Part shown: piece after piece, positions 47,954 through 59,908 of the stretch
How positions within the stretch are numbered: the first letter of the stretch is position 1
How the letters are laid out: the number at the start of each line of letters is the position of its first letter
NCBI GenBank assembly: GCA_046729855.1
Contig: JBKPHM010000047.1
Span: 88,125-152,124 of the forward strand
DNA length: 64,000 bases
Source of the DNA: Actinomycetota bacterium
GTDB taxonomy: Bacteria; Actinomycetota; UBA4738; HRBIN12
Reading direction: 5' to 3'
Notes under the pieces: model-generated
Database searches by the model: none
What the model was told of the DNA's origin: nothing
Seen by the model: the letters and a program-made list of their open reading frames with translations, nothing else
Made by a program: the position numbers and the translations under genes

Positions 47954-48946
47954 GTGCGTGTCGTCGTGTTCAGCACCAAGCCGCACGACCTGACATCGCT
48001 CGAGGCGGCGAACGAAGACCACGGTCACGAACTGACGTTCCTCGAGCCCAGGCTCACGCTCGAGACGGTCGCGCTGGCCGACGGATACCCCGTGGTGTGC
48101 CCGTTCGTGAACGACGAGCTCGGCCCGCCCGTCCTCGAGCGGCTCGCGAAGTTCGGCGTGGGCCTGCTGGCGCTCCGCTCGGCCGGCTTCAGCCACGTCG
48201 ACGTGGCGGCGGCGATGGATCTCGGGATCGCGGTTGCGCGCGTTCCCGCGTACTCGCCGCATGCGGTCGCCGAGCACACCGTTGGCCTGATCCTGGCGCT
48301 CGACCGGAAGCTGCACCGGGCGTACGCGCGGGTGCGAGAGGGGAACTTCTCGCTCGACGGACTCCTCGGGTTCGACCTGTACGCACGGACCGTCGGGGTC
48401 GTCGGGACGGGCGCGATCGGGCGGGTGTTCGCGCGGATCATGCTCGGCTTCGGATGCCGGGTCGTCGCGTTCGATCCGGTTCCGAACGAGGAGACGCGCG
48501 CCCTCGGCGTCGAGTACGTCGAGCTGCAGATGCTGTTTCGAAGCTCCGACATCGTCTCCCTGCACGCGCCGCTGACACCGGCGACGCACCACCTGGTCGA
48601 CGACCGCGCCCTCGGCGCGATGAAGCCGGGCGTGATGCTCATCAACACGAGCCGCGGCGGCCTCATCGACACGTCGGCCGTGATCGAGGGACTCAAGTCG
48701 GAGCGGATCGGCGCGCTCGGGCTCGACGTCTACGAGGAGGAGGCCGGGTTGTTCTTCGAGGACCTGTCCTGGCGGATCATCCAGGACGACGTGCTCGCGC
48801 GACTCCTCACCTTCCCGAACGTCCTCGTGACCGCGCATCAGGCGTTCTTCACGAAGGAGGCGCTCCGGAACATCGCCGAGACGACACTCGAGAACATCAC
48901 GGCGTTCGAACGCGGCCAGTCGCTCCCGAACGAGGTTCGCGGCTAG
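47954..48946 (+). CDS. ldhA: D-isomer-specific 2-hydroxyacid dehydrogenase (D-lactate dehydrogenase-like)
   Basis: GTG follows GGAAGGAG. VGVVGTGAIGRVFARI NAD motif, LINTSRGGLID, and the catalytic His region VTAHQAFFT. Confidence 0.88.
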   Translation: MRVVVFSTKPHDLTSLEAANEDHGHELTFLEPRLTLETVALADGYPVVCPFVNDELGPPVLERLAKFGVGLLALRSAGFSHVDVAAAMDLGIAVARVPAYSPHAVAEHTVGLILALDRKLHRAYARVREGNFSLDGLLGFDLYARTVGVVGTGAIGRVFARIMLGFGCRVVAFDPVPNEETRALGVEYVELQMLFRSSDIVSLHAPLTPATHHLVDDRALGAMKPGVMLINTSRGGLIDTSAVIEGLKSERIGALGLDVYEEEAGLFFEDLSWRIIQDDVLARLLTFPNVLVTAHQAFFTKEALRNIAETTLENITAFERGQSLPNEVRG

Positions 48947-49426
48947 ATGCGCTGGGATGCGTTCGAACGAGCGTGCTCCGAGATCGCCTCGCTCGCCCGC
49001 GAGCGGTTCGCGAAGGACGAGCTCGTCTTGCTCGGAACACTGCGTTCGGACGGGTCGCCGCGGATCAGCCCGTGCGAGGTCGACTTCGCGGCCGGGCGCC
49101 TGTTCCTGGGGATGATGTGGCGGTCGAAGAAGGCCCTGGACCTCCTGCGGGTCCCGCACGTCGCGGTTCACAGCGTCCCGAGCGACCGGATGAACCCGGG
49201 CGGGGACGTCAAGCTGTACGGGCAGGTGGTAGACGAGTCGGATCCCGAGGTGAGGGCGGCGTTCCGCGACGCGATCAAGGCTCGGATCGACTGGGCGCCG
49301 GACGAACCGAACTTTCATCTCTTCTCGCTCGACGTGGAGGCGGCCGGCTACACGGTGTTCGGGAAGGGGTCTCACGCGCTGGCGTGGGATCCCGTGCGAG
49401 GGCTGCGGCGGCTCGAGCTGCAGTAG
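48947..49426 (+). CDS. Pyridoxamine 5'-phosphate oxidase-like (split-barrel FMN/F420-binding) family protein
   Basis: ATG immediately follows the ldhA stop. LGTLRSDGSPRISPCEV...GRLFLGMMWRSKKALDL fits the PNPOx-like fold pattern. Confidence 0.6.
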   Translation: MRWDAFERACSEIASLARERFAKDELVLLGTLRSDGSPRISPCEVDFAAGRLFLGMMWRSKKALDLLRVPHVAVHSVPSDRMNPGGDVKLYGQVVDESDPEVRAAFRDAIKARIDWAPDEPNFHLFSLDVEAAGYTVFGKGSHALAWDPVRGLRRLELQ

Positions 49427-50093
49427 CTCCCTCGAGCGGCGGGTGCTCTTCGATGGCAGAGTACGCGTACAGCGCCATCGCAACGGCGGCGAGCGCGTGC
49501 CAGATCGCGTGCCACTGCATCGCGCTTTCCGGTCGGCACAGCGGCGCGCCGGTCCGCCCGACGAAGAAGGCCGTCGCGGCGAGCAGCAGCGCCAGAAGGA
49601 CGGCCGAGCGGGCCAGCCGTCGTAACGTGAGCGGCTCGCGACGGAGCGCAGAAAGTTCCTGTCGGTACTCGCCGAGCTCCCACCACCCAATGGCCAGCCC
49701 CAGCAGCGCGAAGACCGTGTATGCAGCCCCGGGCAACGCGGCGAGGAGCACCGCGACGGTCGCCACGGCCGCGAGGAACGGATCGGCTGCCCATCGCCGG
49801 TCGCGGAAGCGCGCGAGGCCGAACGTCGCGATGAACAGCAGCACTGCGACGATCGCGACGTCGTGGACCACGCGCCCGAACTCCGTCCCGACCCCGTGGT
49901 AGAGGACGCCGCCCACCGCGTTCGCAGCGATCGCGGTGGCGAAGACGAGCATCTCGGTCCGCCGGACGGCCGTTCGGCGTGCTCGCCATGCGACCCACGC
50001 CGCCGCGGCAACGAAAACGACGCTCGAGAGCGCGTTCGTGGGCTGCGCGAGCGCTCCGTCGACGACTGCCTCACAGTCGGCCGATGGCAGCAC
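49275..50093 (-). CDS. 7-TM membrane protein, ceramidase/PAQR-like (putative hydrolase)
   Basis: GTG starts 9 nt after the pcrA stop. Multiple TM helices with His motifs (YHGVG, MQWHAIWHALA). The low-complexity tail overlaps the convergent gene by 152 nt. Confidence 0.5.
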   Translation of the reverse strand: MLPSADCEAVVDGALAQPTNALSSVVFVAAAAWVAWRARRTAVRRTEMLVFATAIAANAVGGVLYHGVGTEFGRVVHDVAIVAVLLFIATFGLARFRDRRWAADPFLAAVATVAVLLAALPGAAYTVFALLGLAIGWWELGEYRQELSALRREPLTLRRLARSAVLLALLLAATAFFVGRTGAPLCRPESAMQWHAIWHALAAVAMALYAYSAIEEHPPLEGATAARAAAALARDPTPARETPSRTPCSRPPPRRARRDESSVRPAPSRSEP

Positions 50094-50102
50094 AGCCCCG
50101 GA

Positions 50103-52286
50103 TCAGCCTGCCTTGCGGAGCGGCGCGTACGCGAGGAGCACGCGTTTCTGGCCGACGTCCTCGAACACGATGGTGGCCTCCGCGTCGCCGCCCGACCCGC
50201 TCACCGTGAGCACCACGCCCTCGCCCCACTTGTCGTGCACGACCGTGTCGCCGGCGGCCACGTCGACGCGAGGGCGCGTGTTCCGCTCGATCGCCTGCCG
50301 GAGCGTGGACGCGCCCTCCGGCGCGGCCGCGATCTCGTCCTCCTCGATGGCGCGCAGCAGGTCGCTCGGGATCTCGCCGAGGAAGCGTGACGGCGGATTG
50401 TACGAGGTGGTCCCGAAGAGCGATCGAGACCAGGCATAGGTGAGGTACAGGCGTTCGCGCGCCCGCGTGATGCCGACGTACGCGAGCCGCCGCTCCTCCT
50501 CGAGCTGCGCAGAGTCCCCCATCGACCGGTAATGCGGGAAAACGCCGTCCTCCATCCCGATCATGAACACGACGGGGAACTCGAGGCCCTTCGCGTTGTG
50601 GAGCGTCATCAACGTGACGCTCGAGGCCGCTTCCTCGTACTCGTCCTGCTCGCTCACCAGGGCCACCTGCTCGAGGAACCCGTCGAGCCCCTCGTCGGAA
50701 CGGGCCTCGAACTCGGCCGCGACGCCCGAGAGCTCGCGCAGGTTCTCGATCCGCCCCTGCGCCTCGATCGTCCGCTCGCTCTCCAGCTCGAGCAGGTACC
50801 CGGACTCGAGCGCCGCGGCGTCGACCATTCGAGCTGGGCCGGCGCCCGAGTCGAGCGCCTGCCGCAACCGGTCCATCACCTGCACGAACCCGAACACCGC
50901 GCCCTTGGCCCGCGACCCGAGAGTTCCGATCTCGTCCGCCCGTCGGCACGCCTCGAGGAAGGGCAGCTCCATGTCACGCGCGAACGACTCGAGGGCAGCG
51001 ACGGTCGCCTCGCCGATCCCGCGCTTGGGCGTGTTGATCACGCGCCGCGCGCTGATCACGTCTTGCGGGTTGAGCAGCAGCCGCAGGTACGCGAGGACGT
51101 CCTTGATCTCCTTGCGCTGGTAGAACCGAACGCCGCCGACGACCTTGTACGGCAGACCGGTTCGCATGAAGACGTCCTCGAGCACCCGGGACTGGGCGTT
51201 GGTTCGGTAGAACACGGCGACGTCCGCGTACCGGTGCCCCTCGTCCTCGACGAGGCGGTGGATCTCCTCGGCGACGAACAGCGCCTCCTCGTGCTCGTTG
51301 TCGGCACGGAAGCGAACGGCGAGCTCACCGCTGGCGGTCTCCGTCCACAGCGACTTCGGCTTGCGCTGGATGTTGTGCTCGATCAACGCGTTCGCGATCG
51401 ACAGGATGTTCTGCGTGGAGCGGTAGTTCTGCTCCATGAGGAAGACCTGCGCGTCAGGGTAGTCGCGCTCGAAGTCGAGCAGGTTCTGGATCGTCGCGCC
51501 ACGCCACGAGTACACGCCCTGGTCGGCATCGCCCACGACGCAGATGTTCCGGTACTTCGCGGCGAGCAGGTTGACCAGCTGGTACTGCGCTCGGTTCGTG
51601 TCCTGGTACTCGTCGATCAGGATGTATCGGAACCGTTCCTGGTAGTGCTCGAGCACGCGCGGGTTGTCCCGGAACAACGTGACCGTCTGGGCGATCAGGT
51701 CGTCGAAGTCGAGCGCCCCGGCGGCCTTCTTGCGACGTTCGTACTCGACGTAGGTCTTCGCGATCGTCTGCTCGTAGACGTTGCCGGCACCGTTCGAGTA
51801 CTCCTCGGCCGAGATCACGTGATCCTTCGCCCTGCCGATCGCGGTTGCCATCGCCCGGGGCGGAAACCGCTTGACGTCCACGTTGAGGTCCTTCAGGACG
51901 CCGGCGATCAGCCGCTCGGTGTCGCCCTCGTCGTAGATCGTGAAGCTGGACGGTAGCCCGAGCCGGTCGTGCTCGCGGCGGAGGATGCGGGCGCAGGCTG
52001 CGTGGAACGTGAGGATCCACATCCCGCGAGCCACGCGTTGGCCGAGCAGTTGCTCGACACGATCCGCCATCTCGCGGGCGGCCTTGTTCGTGAACGTGAT
52101 CGCGAGCAACGCGTACGGCGAGACCTCATGCTCGCGGATCAGGTGGGCGATCCTGTGGGTCAGCGCGCGCGTCTTCCCCGAGCCCGCGCCCGCGACGATC
52201 AGCACCGGACCCTCGGTGTGCAGCACGGCCTGACGCTGCACCGGGTTCAGCGACAGGAGCAGGGGGGCTACAGACACCTCGGACAT
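50103..52286 (-). CDS. pcrA: ATP-dependent DNA helicase PcrA/UvrD
   Basis: ATG at 52286 (an alternative start lies upstream at 52343). AGAGSGKTRALTHR, ILIDEYQDTN, VGDADQGVYSWRGA, TLHNAKGLEFPVVF, RRLAYVGITRA. Confidence 0.93.
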   Translation of the reverse strand: MSEVSVAPLLLSLNPVQRQAVLHTEGPVLIVAGAGSGKTRALTHRIAHLIREHEVSPYALLAITFTNKAAREMADRVEQLLGQRVARGMWILTFHAACARILRREHDRLGLPSSFTIYDEGDTERLIAGVLKDLNVDVKRFPPRAMATAIGRAKDHVISAEEYSNGAGNVYEQTIAKTYVEYERRKKAAGALDFDDLIAQTVTLFRDNPRVLEHYQERFRYILIDEYQDTNRAQYQLVNLLAAKYRNICVVGDADQGVYSWRGATIQNLLDFERDYPDAQVFLMEQNYRSTQNILSIANALIEHNIQRKPKSLWTETASGELAVRFRADNEHEEALFVAEEIHRLVEDEGHRYADVAVFYRTNAQSRVLEDVFMRTGLPYKVVGGVRFYQRKEIKDVLAYLRLLLNPQDVISARRVINTPKRGIGEATVAALESFARDMELPFLEACRRADEIGTLGSRAKGAVFGFVQVMDRLRQALDSGAGPARMVDAAALESGYLLELESERTIEAQGRIENLRELSGVAAEFEARSDEGLDGFLEQVALVSEQDEYEEAASSVTLMTLHNAKGLEFPVVFMIGMEDGVFPHYRSMGDSAQLEEERRLAYVGITRARERLYLTYAWSRSLFGTTSYNPPSRFLGEIPSDLLRAIEEDEIAAAPEGASTLRQAIERNTRPRVDVAAGDTVVHDKWGEGVVLTVSGSGGDAEATIVFEDVGQKRVLLAYAPLRKAG

Positions 52287-52351
52287 CACCCGTATCCTAG
52301 GCGCGCCTCGGACGCCCGAACGCGCCAGGCGAACCTGGCACACTTTGGCGC

Positions 52352-53011
52352 ATGGCCGGTGTGCAGGTCGACGCTCCCGCGTTCCGCCGTCCGGCTCGCG
52401 GCCGCGGGCGCCTGCGCCTGGTGCTTCGGACCGTCGGGATCGTCTGCATCCTGGCGGCGTTCGCGATCGGCGGCTACGTCGCGTGGCAGCAGTTCGGGAC
52501 GTCGCTCACCACCAAGCGGTGGCAGTCGGATCTTCGTCCGGGGTTCGAGCGACGCGTCCATGAGCAGCCGGTCGCGGCGCCGCCGGCCGTGGCGAAGGTC
52601 CCGGGCGACGCCGTCGCGATCATCCGGATCCCGCGGATCGAACTCGACATGGTGGTCGTCGAGGGGACGGACACCGAGTCCCTGAAAAAGGGCCCGGGAC
52701 ACTACGAGGACTCGGTCTACCCCTGGGAGCACGACGGCAAGGTGGCGATCGCGGGTCACCGGACGACCTACGGGGCACCGTTCTTCTCGCTCGACAGACT
52801 GCGACGCGGAGACACGATCGTGCTCGCGACCGAGTACGGCACGTTCGACTACGAGGTGACCGGCCTCGCGATCACACCGCCGAGCGGCCTGTTGCCGTCG
52901 GGCGACTCGGTGCTCGACCCGACCACGCGACCGACGCTCGTCCTGACCACGTGCAACCCGCGGTACTCGGCAGCGCAACGCCTGGTCGTCTTCGCCCGGC
53001 GCGTTGAGTAG
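52352..53011 (+). CDS. Sortase (class E-like)
   Basis: N-terminal TM anchor, catalytic AIAGHRTTYGAPF, TLVLTTCNP (TLxTC) and a C-terminal Arg. Confidence 0.85.
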   Translation: MAGVQVDAPAFRRPARGRGRLRLVLRTVGIVCILAAFAIGGYVAWQQFGTSLTTKRWQSDLRPGFERRVHEQPVAAPPAVAKVPGDAVAIIRIPRIELDMVVVEGTDTESLKKGPGHYEDSVYPWEHDGKVAIAGHRTTYGAPFFSLDRLRRGDTIVLATEYGTFDYEVTGLAITPPSGLLPSGDSVLDPTTRPTLVLTTCNPRYSAAQRLVVFARRVE

Positions 53012-53026
53012 CGCTGCCTGTCGGAC

Positions 53027-54574
<1,548 letters not shown>

Positions 54575-54578
54575 CGCC

Positions 54579-55742
54579 TCAGTGCCCCATCCCCACGCGC
54601 TGCTCTGTCTGGTAGGTCTTGCCCTCCGTCTTGATCGACGGGGCGACCACCAGCTCGGCCTTCTGGAACTCGCGGGTCGTGGCGTAGCCCGTCGTCGCCA
54701 TAGACGTCGCGAGCGCGCCGAACAGGTTGAACGTCCCATCGTTCTCGTGCGCCGGCCCGACGAGGATCTCCTCGAGCGAGGCGACCTGCTTCGTCTTCAC
54801 GCGAGCCCCGCGCGGCAGCGTGGGATGGAACGTCGCCATCCCCCAGTGATAGCCGCGGCCCGGCGCCTCGTACGCGCGTGTGAGCGGCGAGCCGATCATC
54901 ACCGCGTCGGCGCCGCACGCGATCGCCTTGGCGATGTCGCCGCCGGTGCGCATCCCGCCGTCCCCGATCACGTGGCAGTAGCGCCCGGTCTCGCGCAGGT
55001 GCTCCCCGCGCGCCGCGGCCGCGTCCGCGATCGCCGTCGCCTGCGGCACGCCGACGCCGATCACGCCGCGGGTGGTGCATGCGTTGCCCGGACCCACGCC
55101 GACGAGCACGCCGACGGCGCCCGTCCGCATCAGGTGGAGCGCGGCCTGGTACGACGCGCACCCGCCGACGATCACCGGCAGGTCGAACGTCCGGATGAAC
55201 TCCTTGAGGTTGAGTGGCTCGCTGCGCGTCGACACGTGCTCCGCCGACACCACGGTCCCCTGGATCACGAGCATGTCGAGCTCCGCCTCGAGGACCAGGT
55301 GCTGGTACCCGGCGACCCGCTGCGGCGTGAGGGACGCGGCCGCGACGACGCCGGCGTCCTTGATCTCGCGGATCCGGCGCACGATCAGCTCGTCCTTGAT
55401 CGGCTCCCGGTAGATCTCCTGCATCCGGCGCGTCGCCTTGTCGTCGGAGAGCGACGCGATCTCCTCGAACACCGGATCGGGGTCCTCGTACCGGGTCTGG
55501 ACGCCCTCGAGGTTGAGCACGGCCAGCCCGCCCAGGCGGCCGATCCGGATGGCCGTCGCCGGCGACACCGCCGCGTCCATCGCCGCGGCCATCATCGGCA
55601 GGTCGAGCCGGAATGCGTCGATCTCCCACGAGATGTCCACGTCGTCGGGGTCACGTGTACGACGGGACGGGACGATCGCCACCTCGTCGAACCCGTACGC
55701 CCGCCTGGCCGACCTCCCGATCCCGATCTCAACGTCTGCCAT
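54579..55742 (-). CDS. guaB3: GuaB3-type IMP dehydrogenase-related protein (no CBS pair)
   Basis: ATG at 55742. [54 protein letters not shown]. 387 aa. Confidence 0.85.
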   Translation of the reverse strand: MADVEIGIGRSARRAYGFDEVAIVPSRRTRDPDDVDISWEIDAFRLDLPMMAAAMDAAVSPATAIRIGRLGGLAVLNLEGVQTRYEDPDPVFEEIASLSDDKATRRMQEIYREPIKDELIVRRIREIKDAGVVAAASLTPQRVAGYQHLVLEAELDMLVIQGTVVSAEHVSTRSEPLNLKEFIRTFDLPVIVGGCASYQAALHLMRTGAVGVLVGVGPGNACTTRGVIGVGVPQATAIADAAAARGEHLRETGRYCHVIGDGGMRTGGDIAKAIACGADAVMIGSPLTRAYEAPGRGYHWGMATFHPTLPRGARVKTKQVASLEEILVGPAHENDGTFNLFGALATSMATTGYATTREFQKAELVVAPSIKTEGKTYQTEQRVGMGH

Positions 55743-55856
55743 GCAGGGAAAGCTACCAGCACCGTCGTGCCCGAAGGCGATGTTCGCTGCCCGGTTGTCC
55801 GGGTTATCGTGCCCGTGGAACCATGACCCGTCATCCGAGGGCTCTCTGGGGGGACG

Positions 55857-56726
55857 ATGGCAGACGCACCTGAGCTCAAGCGAGGATTGCTGGGCTACCG
55901 CAGGAACGACGTCCAGGCGGTCCTGGCCGACCGCGAGCGAATGTTCGTGGGCGTCTCCGAGGAGGCCCGCGAGGCCGAAGAGCGTCTCGCGACCACGGGC
56001 CGTAAGCTGGACGAGCTGAGGGCCCAGCTCTACGCGGCGCGCGGGGAGCTCGAGGCGCGAACGTCGGAGCTCGGGTCGACGCAGGCTCGGGTCGGACAGC
56101 TCGAGGCCGCTCTCGAGACGGCGACCTCGCAGCTCGCCGAGCACAGCCAGCGTGCGCGCGACGCCGAGCAGCGGCTGCACGCCCACGAGACGTCGCTCTT
56201 CGAGCGGATCGCCGCGTTGGAGGCCGAACTGGACGAGGCGCGGGCGACCCCCGTGGCGCGTGTCGGCGAGCTGACCGCCGTCCTCGACGCCACGCGCGAC
56301 GCCGTCGAGCGGATCATGGCCGGCGCTCGCCGCTCTGCCGAGGACCAGCTCGCGGACGTGCAACGGACGCGCGAGGAGCTGCGGTCCGAGATCGAGCGAG
56401 CATCGGCATGGCACGATCACGTGGCGCCGCTGATCGACGTGCTCCGCGGGGAGATCGGCCGCGCGCAGGCCCAGGTCATGCAGGTAGGCGCCCGCGTCGG
56501 CGAGGCCCTGCGCCCGATGACGGAGGCGATCGCGACGCTCGAGCGTAACCTCGATGACCTCGAGCGTGCGGCCGGCGGCAGCGCCAACCAGAACGAACGG
56601 TCGGCCGACCGAGTGGATCTGGTGTCGCACGAGCGCGACCAGGCAGGCGCCTCAACGGCCGAGGCCGCTCAGCCGGCGGTTCCCGAAGGACCGCCGGCGA
56701 GGGAGGCAGGCGAGGGCTGGCGCTAA
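55857..56726 (+). CDS. DivIVA-domain coiled-coil protein
   Basis: The N-terminal LLGYRRNDVQAVL resembles the DivIVA GY..eVd.fL motif. The rest is long heptad-like coiled coil. Confidence 0.65.
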   Translation: MADAPELKRGLLGYRRNDVQAVLADRERMFVGVSEEAREAEERLATTGRKLDELRAQLYAARGELEARTSELGSTQARVGQLEAALETATSQLAEHSQRARDAEQRLHAHETSLFERIAALEAELDEARATPVARVGELTAVLDATRDAVERIMAGARRSAEDQLADVQRTREELRSEIERASAWHDHVAPLIDVLRGEIGRAQAQVMQVGARVGEALRPMTEAIATLERNLDDLERAAGGSANQNERSADRVDLVSHERDQAGASTAEAAQPAVPEGPPAREAGEGWR

Positions 56727-56799
56727 CGGCGTCGGGTCCCGGGGTCAAGCCGTTCCGCGGGTGCGCCGATGGACGGGGGTCACCGCTGGACACACCAGC

Positions 56800-57876
56800 A
56801 TGGCCGACCACACCACGATGGACCACGACGTAGACGCCGCCTCCCGAACGCAACGAGCCGTCGCCGCGCCCGGATGGGTCACGCCTGTCGAGGCGTCGTT
56901 CCTCGCGCGCGTGCCGTTGGACGACGTTCGCACGTGGGTCGAGAGTGGGCGCGTCGAACAGCGACCGGTCGGACGCCGCGCCGCGATCCTGGTGCGGACG
57001 ATCGACGTGATGGACGAGGCGGAGCGCCGCGCCCAGCGCAGGCCAACACAGGATTCGACACCGCGACGTATACCGGCCCGGCCGCCCGTGGAGGCGCTCC
57101 CGGAACGCCGACGCACCCGCGCCGGGCATCGCCGCCGGTTCCGGACGGGGCGCGTCGTCCTGGCGATGGTGGCCGTGCTCGCCGTCGTGGGCGGCGCCGT
57201 CGTCGCGGTCCTCGGTCCCGGCTGGATCGAGACCGACCGGAGCCCGCGGACGGACGTCCCCGCGCCGGCGGGCGGCGAGCTCGTATCGGTCTCGGAGGAG
57301 GTCGTGGGCCGCGACCCATTCGCGTCGCCGTTCGGCGGCGAGGGAGCCGGAGAGGTCGTCGTCAAGCCGCCGGTCGCGATCCGCCACGGTTCGAGCCTTT
57401 CGGCGGCCGCGATCGTGGTGAACCAGAGCCGACACGAGCCACTGCCACCGACGCAGCTGGTGTTCGTCGCGCACGACGCGACCGGCGAGGTCGTCGGGCG
57501 GCACGCCGCGGTGGTGTCGCTGGATCCGGCGCGCAGCACCACCGTGGTCGCGGAGCGGATCGACGTGGGCGATGCAGGGCCCGTGACGATCGAGGCCAAG
57601 CTCATGGACCGATCGGTCGCGCGCGCGCGATCCACTCGAGAGCCGGAGGTCCGGATCGTCGACGTCCGGTCGATGTCCGACGGGCGCTCTGTCACCGGCC
57701 GCGTGGACGTGCGCACATCGGGCCCCGGGGTCCGGATCGGGTGCGCGCTGTTCGACGGCGAGGGCGAGCTCGCCGCGGTCGGGTTCGCGACGCTCCGCGG
57801 GCGGGAGCGGTCCTTCAGGATCGCGACCCGGCCCGTACGGTCGGGCCCGTACGACGCGTCCTGCTTCGCCGGTTAG
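56800..57876 (+). CDS. HTH (excisionase/MerR-like) - TM - extracytoplasmic beta-rich domain protein (hypothetical)
   Basis: ATG at 56800. [27 protein letters not shown] is an HTH_17-like segment. One TM helix ([20 protein letters not shown]), then about 230 aa of unknown domain. Confidence 0.5.
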   Translation: MADHTTMDHDVDAASRTQRAVAAPGWVTPVEASFLARVPLDDVRTWVESGRVEQRPVGRRAAILVRTIDVMDEAERRAQRRPTQDSTPRRIPARPPVEALPERRRTRAGHRRRFRTGRVVLAMVAVLAVVGGAVVAVLGPGWIETDRSPRTDVPAPAGGELVSVSEEVVGRDPFASPFGGEGAGEVVVKPPVAIRHGSSLSAAAIVVNQSRHEPLPPTQLVFVAHDATGEVVGRHAAVVSLDPARSTTVVAERIDVGDAGPVTIEAKLMDRSVARARSTREPEVRIVDVRSMSDGRSVTGRVDVRTSGPGVRIGCALFDGEGELAAVGFATLRGRERSFRIATRPVRSGPYDASCFAG

Positions 57877-58508
57877 CGGCCCTGCGCCACATGACCCGCG
57901 TCCGTTACGCGCAGATCCGTCAGGCCTGAGTGGACGCGGTCGCCCTCGACGAACGGCGTCGGATCTTCGATGTAGCCGAGGTCGGCGAGGGTACCGAGCA
58001 CCTTGCGCAGCGACTCCTCCGGCGTCTCGACCATCGTGTCGAGCATGAGCTCCGGCTCGTCCGGCGGCTCGTACGGGTCGTCGACGCCCGTGAACCCGGT
58101 GATCTCCCCGGCGAGCGCCTTCTTGTATAAACCCTTGGGGTCGCGGTTCGTCGCGAGCTCCTCGAGGGTCGCGTGGACGTACACCTCGACGAACGCGCCG
58201 ATCTTGGCCCGCACCTCGTCGCGGATCGCCTTGTACGGGGAGATCGGGCAGCAGATCGTGGCGACGCCGTTGCGCGTCAGCAGGTCCGCGACGAACCCGA
58301 TCCGGCGGATGTTCGTGTCCCGGTCCTCCTTCGAGAACCCGAGACCCTTGCTCAGATTCTGCCTCACCACGTCGCCGTCGAGGATCTCGACCTTCATCTG
58401 CCGCGCCCGGAGCTCGTGGTACAGCATCTCGGCGATCGTCGACTTCCCCGCTCCCGAGAGGCCGGTGAACCAGACCGTGAAGCCCCTCTGCTCCGAATGG
58501 TGGGTCAC
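57873..58508 (-). CDS. cysC: Adenylyl-sulfate (APS) kinase
   Basis: GTG overlaps the upstream stop (GTGA). [44 protein letters not shown]. Confidence 0.9.
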   Translation of the reverse strand: MTHHSEQRGFTVWFTGLSGAGKSTIAEMLYHELRARQMKVEILDGDVVRQNLSKGLGFSKEDRDTNIRRIGFVADLLTRNGVATICCPISPYKAIRDEVRAKIGAFVEVYVHATLEELATNRDPKGLYKKALAGEITGFTGVDDPYEPPDEPELMLDTMVETPEESLRKVLGTLADLGYIEDPTPFVEGDRVHSGLTDLRVTDAGHVAQGR

Positions 58509-59908
58509 AGGAAGCTCTTTCCGACGGCGCCCTCGGGCGCGTCGATGCCGTACAGCGACAGGATCGACGGTCCCACGTCCACGAGCCGGAGCCCGTCGAC
58601 CTGCCCGGTGCGCTGCCCGGGCACGTTCGACAACGCGAACACCCCCGCCCGGTCGTGGTTGGCGCCGTCGGGGCCCGTGTCGTTCTCATAGGTGTAGATC
58701 GACGGGTTGCCGACCGAGCCCACCGAGCGCCACTCGAGGTCGCCGAAGTAGACGATCAGGTCGGGCGCGACGCCCCGGACGTCCGGATAGACGTCCTGTG
58801 GCCTGAACACCTTGGTGCCGAGCCGCTGACCGTCCGGGCCCGGCGCCGCCTCGAGCTTGGCGATCAGCTCGTCGCGAACGTCCTCGTACCGCGACGGCTC
58901 GACGACGCCCTGCGGCTCACGGTCCCTCACGTTCAGGAACAGTCGGCCGTAGTACCCACCGTCGCCCCAGGCGACCGTGCGGCCCCAGTCGATCGGCGCC
59001 TTGGCGATCGGCGTCGGGCCGGCGAGCGGCTCGCTCATCGCGAGGTAGCCCTCCCGCATCAACCAGTCGTTGAAGCACAGGCCGCCCATCATTGGCCGCG
59101 CGCCGTGGTCGCTCATCACGATCGTGATCGCGTCCTCGGGGATCACCTCGAGGAGCGCGCCCACCTCCTTGTCGAGGAACCGGTAGTAGCCCTGGAACGC
59201 CGTCTCGAACGGGTTGCCCGGTTCGTACAGCGGATGGCGCGGGTCGAAGTGCTGCCAGAACACGTGATGGAGCCGGTCCGGTCCCATCTCGACCATCATG
59301 AAGTAGTCCCACGGCTTGTTCCTGATCAGCCTTCGCGCCAGCTGGAACCGGCGCTCGGTCATCGCGAACACCTGCTGGAGGACGAACTCCATCCCCTGCT
59401 CGCGGAAGTTCGGGATGTCGAAGATGTACCGCCCCGGTCCACCGAGCTCCTCCTCGATCTCGGCCTCGAGCTCGCTCGGCGACGCGAAGCTCTTGGCCGA
59501 CGGCGGCGTCAGGAAGCATCCGACGCGCCAGCCCTCGATCGGCTTGGGCGGGTACGAGGGCGGCACGCCGATCAACAACGACCTCATCCCGCGCCTGCCC
59601 AGCTCGTCCCAGACGGTCGGCTCCCTCACGGCGTCGGCCGTCGCGATCGACAGGCCCTCGTACGTGTTGTCCTTACGGTTGCGGAACCCGTAGATGCCGA
59701 GCTGCCCCGGCGTCTTGCCGGTCATCGCGCACGCCCACGCGGGCACGGTGATCGGCGGCGTGATGCTGGCGAGGTCGCCGTACATTCCGCCGTCGATGAG
59801 CTTGAGGATGTTCGGCACCTCGTCGGCGAGGTCGCGGAACAGGAGCTGGGGGGTCCCGCAGTCCAGCCCGATCACCGCCACCCTCGGGGCGTTGCTGCTC
59901 GCTGTCAT
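58505..59908 (-). CDS. Alkaline-phosphatase-superfamily protein, type I phosphodiesterase/nucleotide pyrophosphatase (NPP) family
   Basis: ATG at 59908. VIGLDCGTP is the metal-site Asp region. [21 protein letters not shown] is the Thr nucleophile region. SDHG is also present. 467 aa. Confidence 0.8.
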   Translation of the reverse strand: MTASSNAPRVAVIGLDCGTPQLLFRDLADEVPNILKLIDGGMYGDLASITPPITVPAWACAMTGKTPGQLGIYGFRNRKDNTYEGLSIATADAVREPTVWDELGRRGMRSLLIGVPPSYPPKPIEGWRVGCFLTPPSAKSFASPSELEAEIEEELGGPGRYIFDIPNFREQGMEFVLQQVFAMTERRFQLARRLIRNKPWDYFMMVEMGPDRLHHVFWQHFDPRHPLYEPGNPFETAFQGYYRFLDKEVGALLEVIPEDAITIVMSDHGARPMMGGLCFNDWLMREGYLAMSEPLAGPTPIAKAPIDWGRTVAWGDGGYYGRLFLNVRDREPQGVVEPSRYEDVRDELIAKLEAAPGPDGQRLGTKVFRPQDVYPDVRGVAPDLIVYFGDLEWRSVGSVGNPSIYTYENDTGPDGANHDRAGVFALSNVPGQRTGQVDGLRLVDVGPSILSLYGIDAPEGAVGKSFL

